DNA from: an uncultured Opitutales bacterium
GTDB lineage: Bacteria > Verrucomicrobiota > Verrucomicrobiia > Opitutales > Seribacteraceae
Length of the DNA: 64,000 bases
Direction of reading: 5' to 3'
Assembly: GCA_905612515.1 (NCBI GenBank)
Contig: CAJQSI010000046.1
Coordinates: 9,505 to 73,504 of the forward strand
Made by a program: the position numbers and the translations under genes. The notes under the pieces are model-generated. The model saw nothing but the letters and a program-made list of their open reading frames with translations. It made no database searches and was not told the origin of the DNA. Shown here piece after piece: positions 62,743 to 64,000 of this stretch (position 1 is its first letter; every line of letters starts with the position of its first letter).

Positions 62743-63684
62743 CTAGTGGCTTCTTGATCGAGTCAAAGAGTCGATTAAAAAGGCATACGCAAGCGTCTTC
62801 AGTTTAAGGTCCGAAAAGGTTTCCTGACGCATAGGCGGAGCAATCATGCAAAGAATCCGAGACCTGTTTGAAGTAGAAAGCCTACGGCATGTGCCCGCCC
62901 ACACAAGGGCATTCGATTTTATTGATTCTTCATCGGAAGTTCGAGCGGCGAATAGAGCCGCAGGATATTCTGCCTTTTGCAAACGATCAATAGGGGCATC
63001 TCCCATTGGAGAGAGTAAAGCAACAGCGGTAAAAAGTTGTGGACTGTGCGCCATGGCAAGGGCAAGTAAATCCGCTTGGCTCCCGTAGGCACACACGGCA
63101 ACGGCTCTAGTATCACCCGAATCCGAGCCAACAAGAAAACCAACTACTTCCAAAACCTCGGCAAAATTGTTCACGGAAGCTAAGGCACAATCCACTCCAT
63201 GATCAAGAAGACTCGACGACTCAATGGATAACTCATTAAAATCACCGCCCACCGAAAGACCGCTGGGGCTAGTAAGGGTCAAAATGATATGACCAGTCCC
63301 CCTGGAAACGGAGGAGGAGCGAACAAGAAACCCACTCGGGATTGGAAGTTTAACAATGGAATCAGCTAGCCCAATCTGGCCAGTCCAGAAAGAGTCGTAA
63401 AGCTCATCACGAAAAGGGCGAAGGTAGCTTAGCGCATTTTTACTATATTCGCTTTCGGATTGCTCAAGGGAAAGAGGTTCGGCTTCAGGTGAAAATTCTG
63501 GAGGACCAGCAAATGCATCGAAAGGTATCCATGAACCATAACGATAAAACCAATTGTTGTCGAATTGGGACGATTCGAGAATCTGATTTTTAAGAGAGGC
63601 ATATTTACCCCAAAACCTGAAAGCCGTCTGTTCGCAAAACCATAGAGCGAAGCAACTGAATAGAATGCCAATAAAGAGTTTCAT
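62743..63684 (-). CDS. hypothetical secreted/anchored protein, possibly a degenerate alpha/beta-hydrolase fold
   Basis: N-terminal hydrophobic segment. CAYGSQAD lies where a nucleophile elbow would be but is not GxSxG. No family assigned. Confidence 0.5.
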   Translation of the reverse strand: MKLFIGILFSCFALWFCEQTAFRFWGKYASLKNQILESSQFDNNWFYRYGSWIPFDAFAGPPEFSPEAEPLSLEQSESEYSKNALSYLRPFRDELYDSFWTGQIGLADSIVKLPIPSGFLVRSSSVSRGTGHIILTLTSPSGLSVGGDFNELSIESSSLLDHGVDCALASVNNFAEVLEVVGFLVGSDSGDTRAVAVCAYGSQADLLALAMAHSPQLFTAVALLSPMGDAPIDRLQKAEYPAALFAARTSDEESIKSNALVWAGTCRRLSTSNRSRILCMIAPPMRQETFSDLKLKTLAYAFLIDSLTRSRSH

Positions 63685-63776
63685 GCATCGAGAATGCCGA
63701 TTGCCCGGATAATGAACCCATGCCTCGTTCCTCTTGACCCCGACAGAGCTCCGCGCAAACGTTCATGTTTCATTAA

Positions 63777-64000
63777 ATGAAATATCATCAAATAAAAAGG
63801 ATAACTCAAATACTTGTTACGGTCGCGGGTATCAATTTAATAGGGTGCGGGGATGATGATCGTGCTCTTTTCACGACATCGGACAATTCCAAGATGGCCA
63901 TAACGCCCGGATACGAGGGCGAGAGACTGAATGGCATCCCTCACGGCAAAGGGGTTTTCACCTTTCCAAATGGGGCGCGATACGAAGGACATGTGATTAA
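63777..64000 (+). CDS. MORN-repeat lipoprotein, N-terminal part only (runs off window)
   Basis: Own translation from ATG 63777: MKYHQIKRITQILVTVAGINLIGCGDDDRALFTTSDNSKMAITPGYEGERLNGIPHGKGVFTFPNGARYEGHVI. Lipobox LIGC and a G.PHGKG.F.FPNG.RYEG MORN pattern. Confidence 0.6.
   Translation, partial: MKYHQIKRITQILVTVAGINLIGCGDDDRALFTTSDNSKMAITPGYEGERLNGIPHGKGVFTFPNGARYEGHVI

Noticed and set aside
1-64000. CRISPR arrays, tRNA/rRNA genes, prophage or known defence-system genes
   Set aside because: No non-coding gap exceeds about 250 nt. I saw no repeat-spacer periodicity, no cloverleaf-like segments, and no nuclease, helicase, methylase or phage structural gene signatures. A tRNAscan/Infernal run would be needed to exclude small RNAs formally.

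Overview
This is a dense, almost entirely protein-coding 64-kb chromosomal segment. I call 57 CDS and one intact IS element, and I recognised no rRNA, tRNA or CRISPR array. The gene content points to the PVC superphylum, most likely Verrucomicrobiota (inference only). The markers are a DUF1549/DUF1553 + DUF1501 pair, a ThuA-NPCBM-propeller-HEAT giant followed by a Pirellula/Verrucomicrobium-type heme-binding protein, an SHD1-PQQ propeller, a sulfatase, FGE-fold proteins, many Gfo/Idh/MocA plus xylose-isomerase-like TIM-barrel genes, and a PEP-CTERM protein.

Modules from left to right:
- A Mn/Zn-type metal ABC importer with a divergent DtxR-family regulator.
- A sugar-oxidation trio and a sulfatase.
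- A TonB-dependent receptor.
- A 712-bp IS1595-family element with perfect 18-bp inverted repeats and an 8-bp target duplication, sitting just upstream of the DUF1549/DUF1501 pair.
- Two tail-to-tail MacB/FtsX-type ABC systems. One is coupled to an unassignable Cys-motif protein and a MoaD/ThiS-like GG protein. The other has two DUF3299 lipoproteins.
- arsC.
- A Pho island: phoB-phoR, a porin and a Na/Pi-PhoU transporter, with a Pho-box-like direct repeat.
- A DUF3570-ApbE-DUF4266 cluster in which the DUF3570 protein carries a DxxSGAT flavinylation-type motif.
- ThiF/MoeB plus a molybdate-type ABC importer whose substrate-binding protein is duplicated in tandem.
- An active HtrA-like protease coupled to a catalytically dead paralog.
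- A response regulator, histidine kinase and FGE-fold lipoprotein operon.
- PVC-typical dehydrogenase and transporter genes.
- A convergent pair of TM-TPR paralogs beside a PEP-CTERM HExxH protein.

The candidates I consider most worth follow-up are the 17.2-20.7 kb operon, the 29.7-32.8 kb ApbE cluster, the 38.8-43.0 kb three-gene signalling operon and the protease/pseudoprotease pair. All family assignments come from reading the translations. No database search was run.
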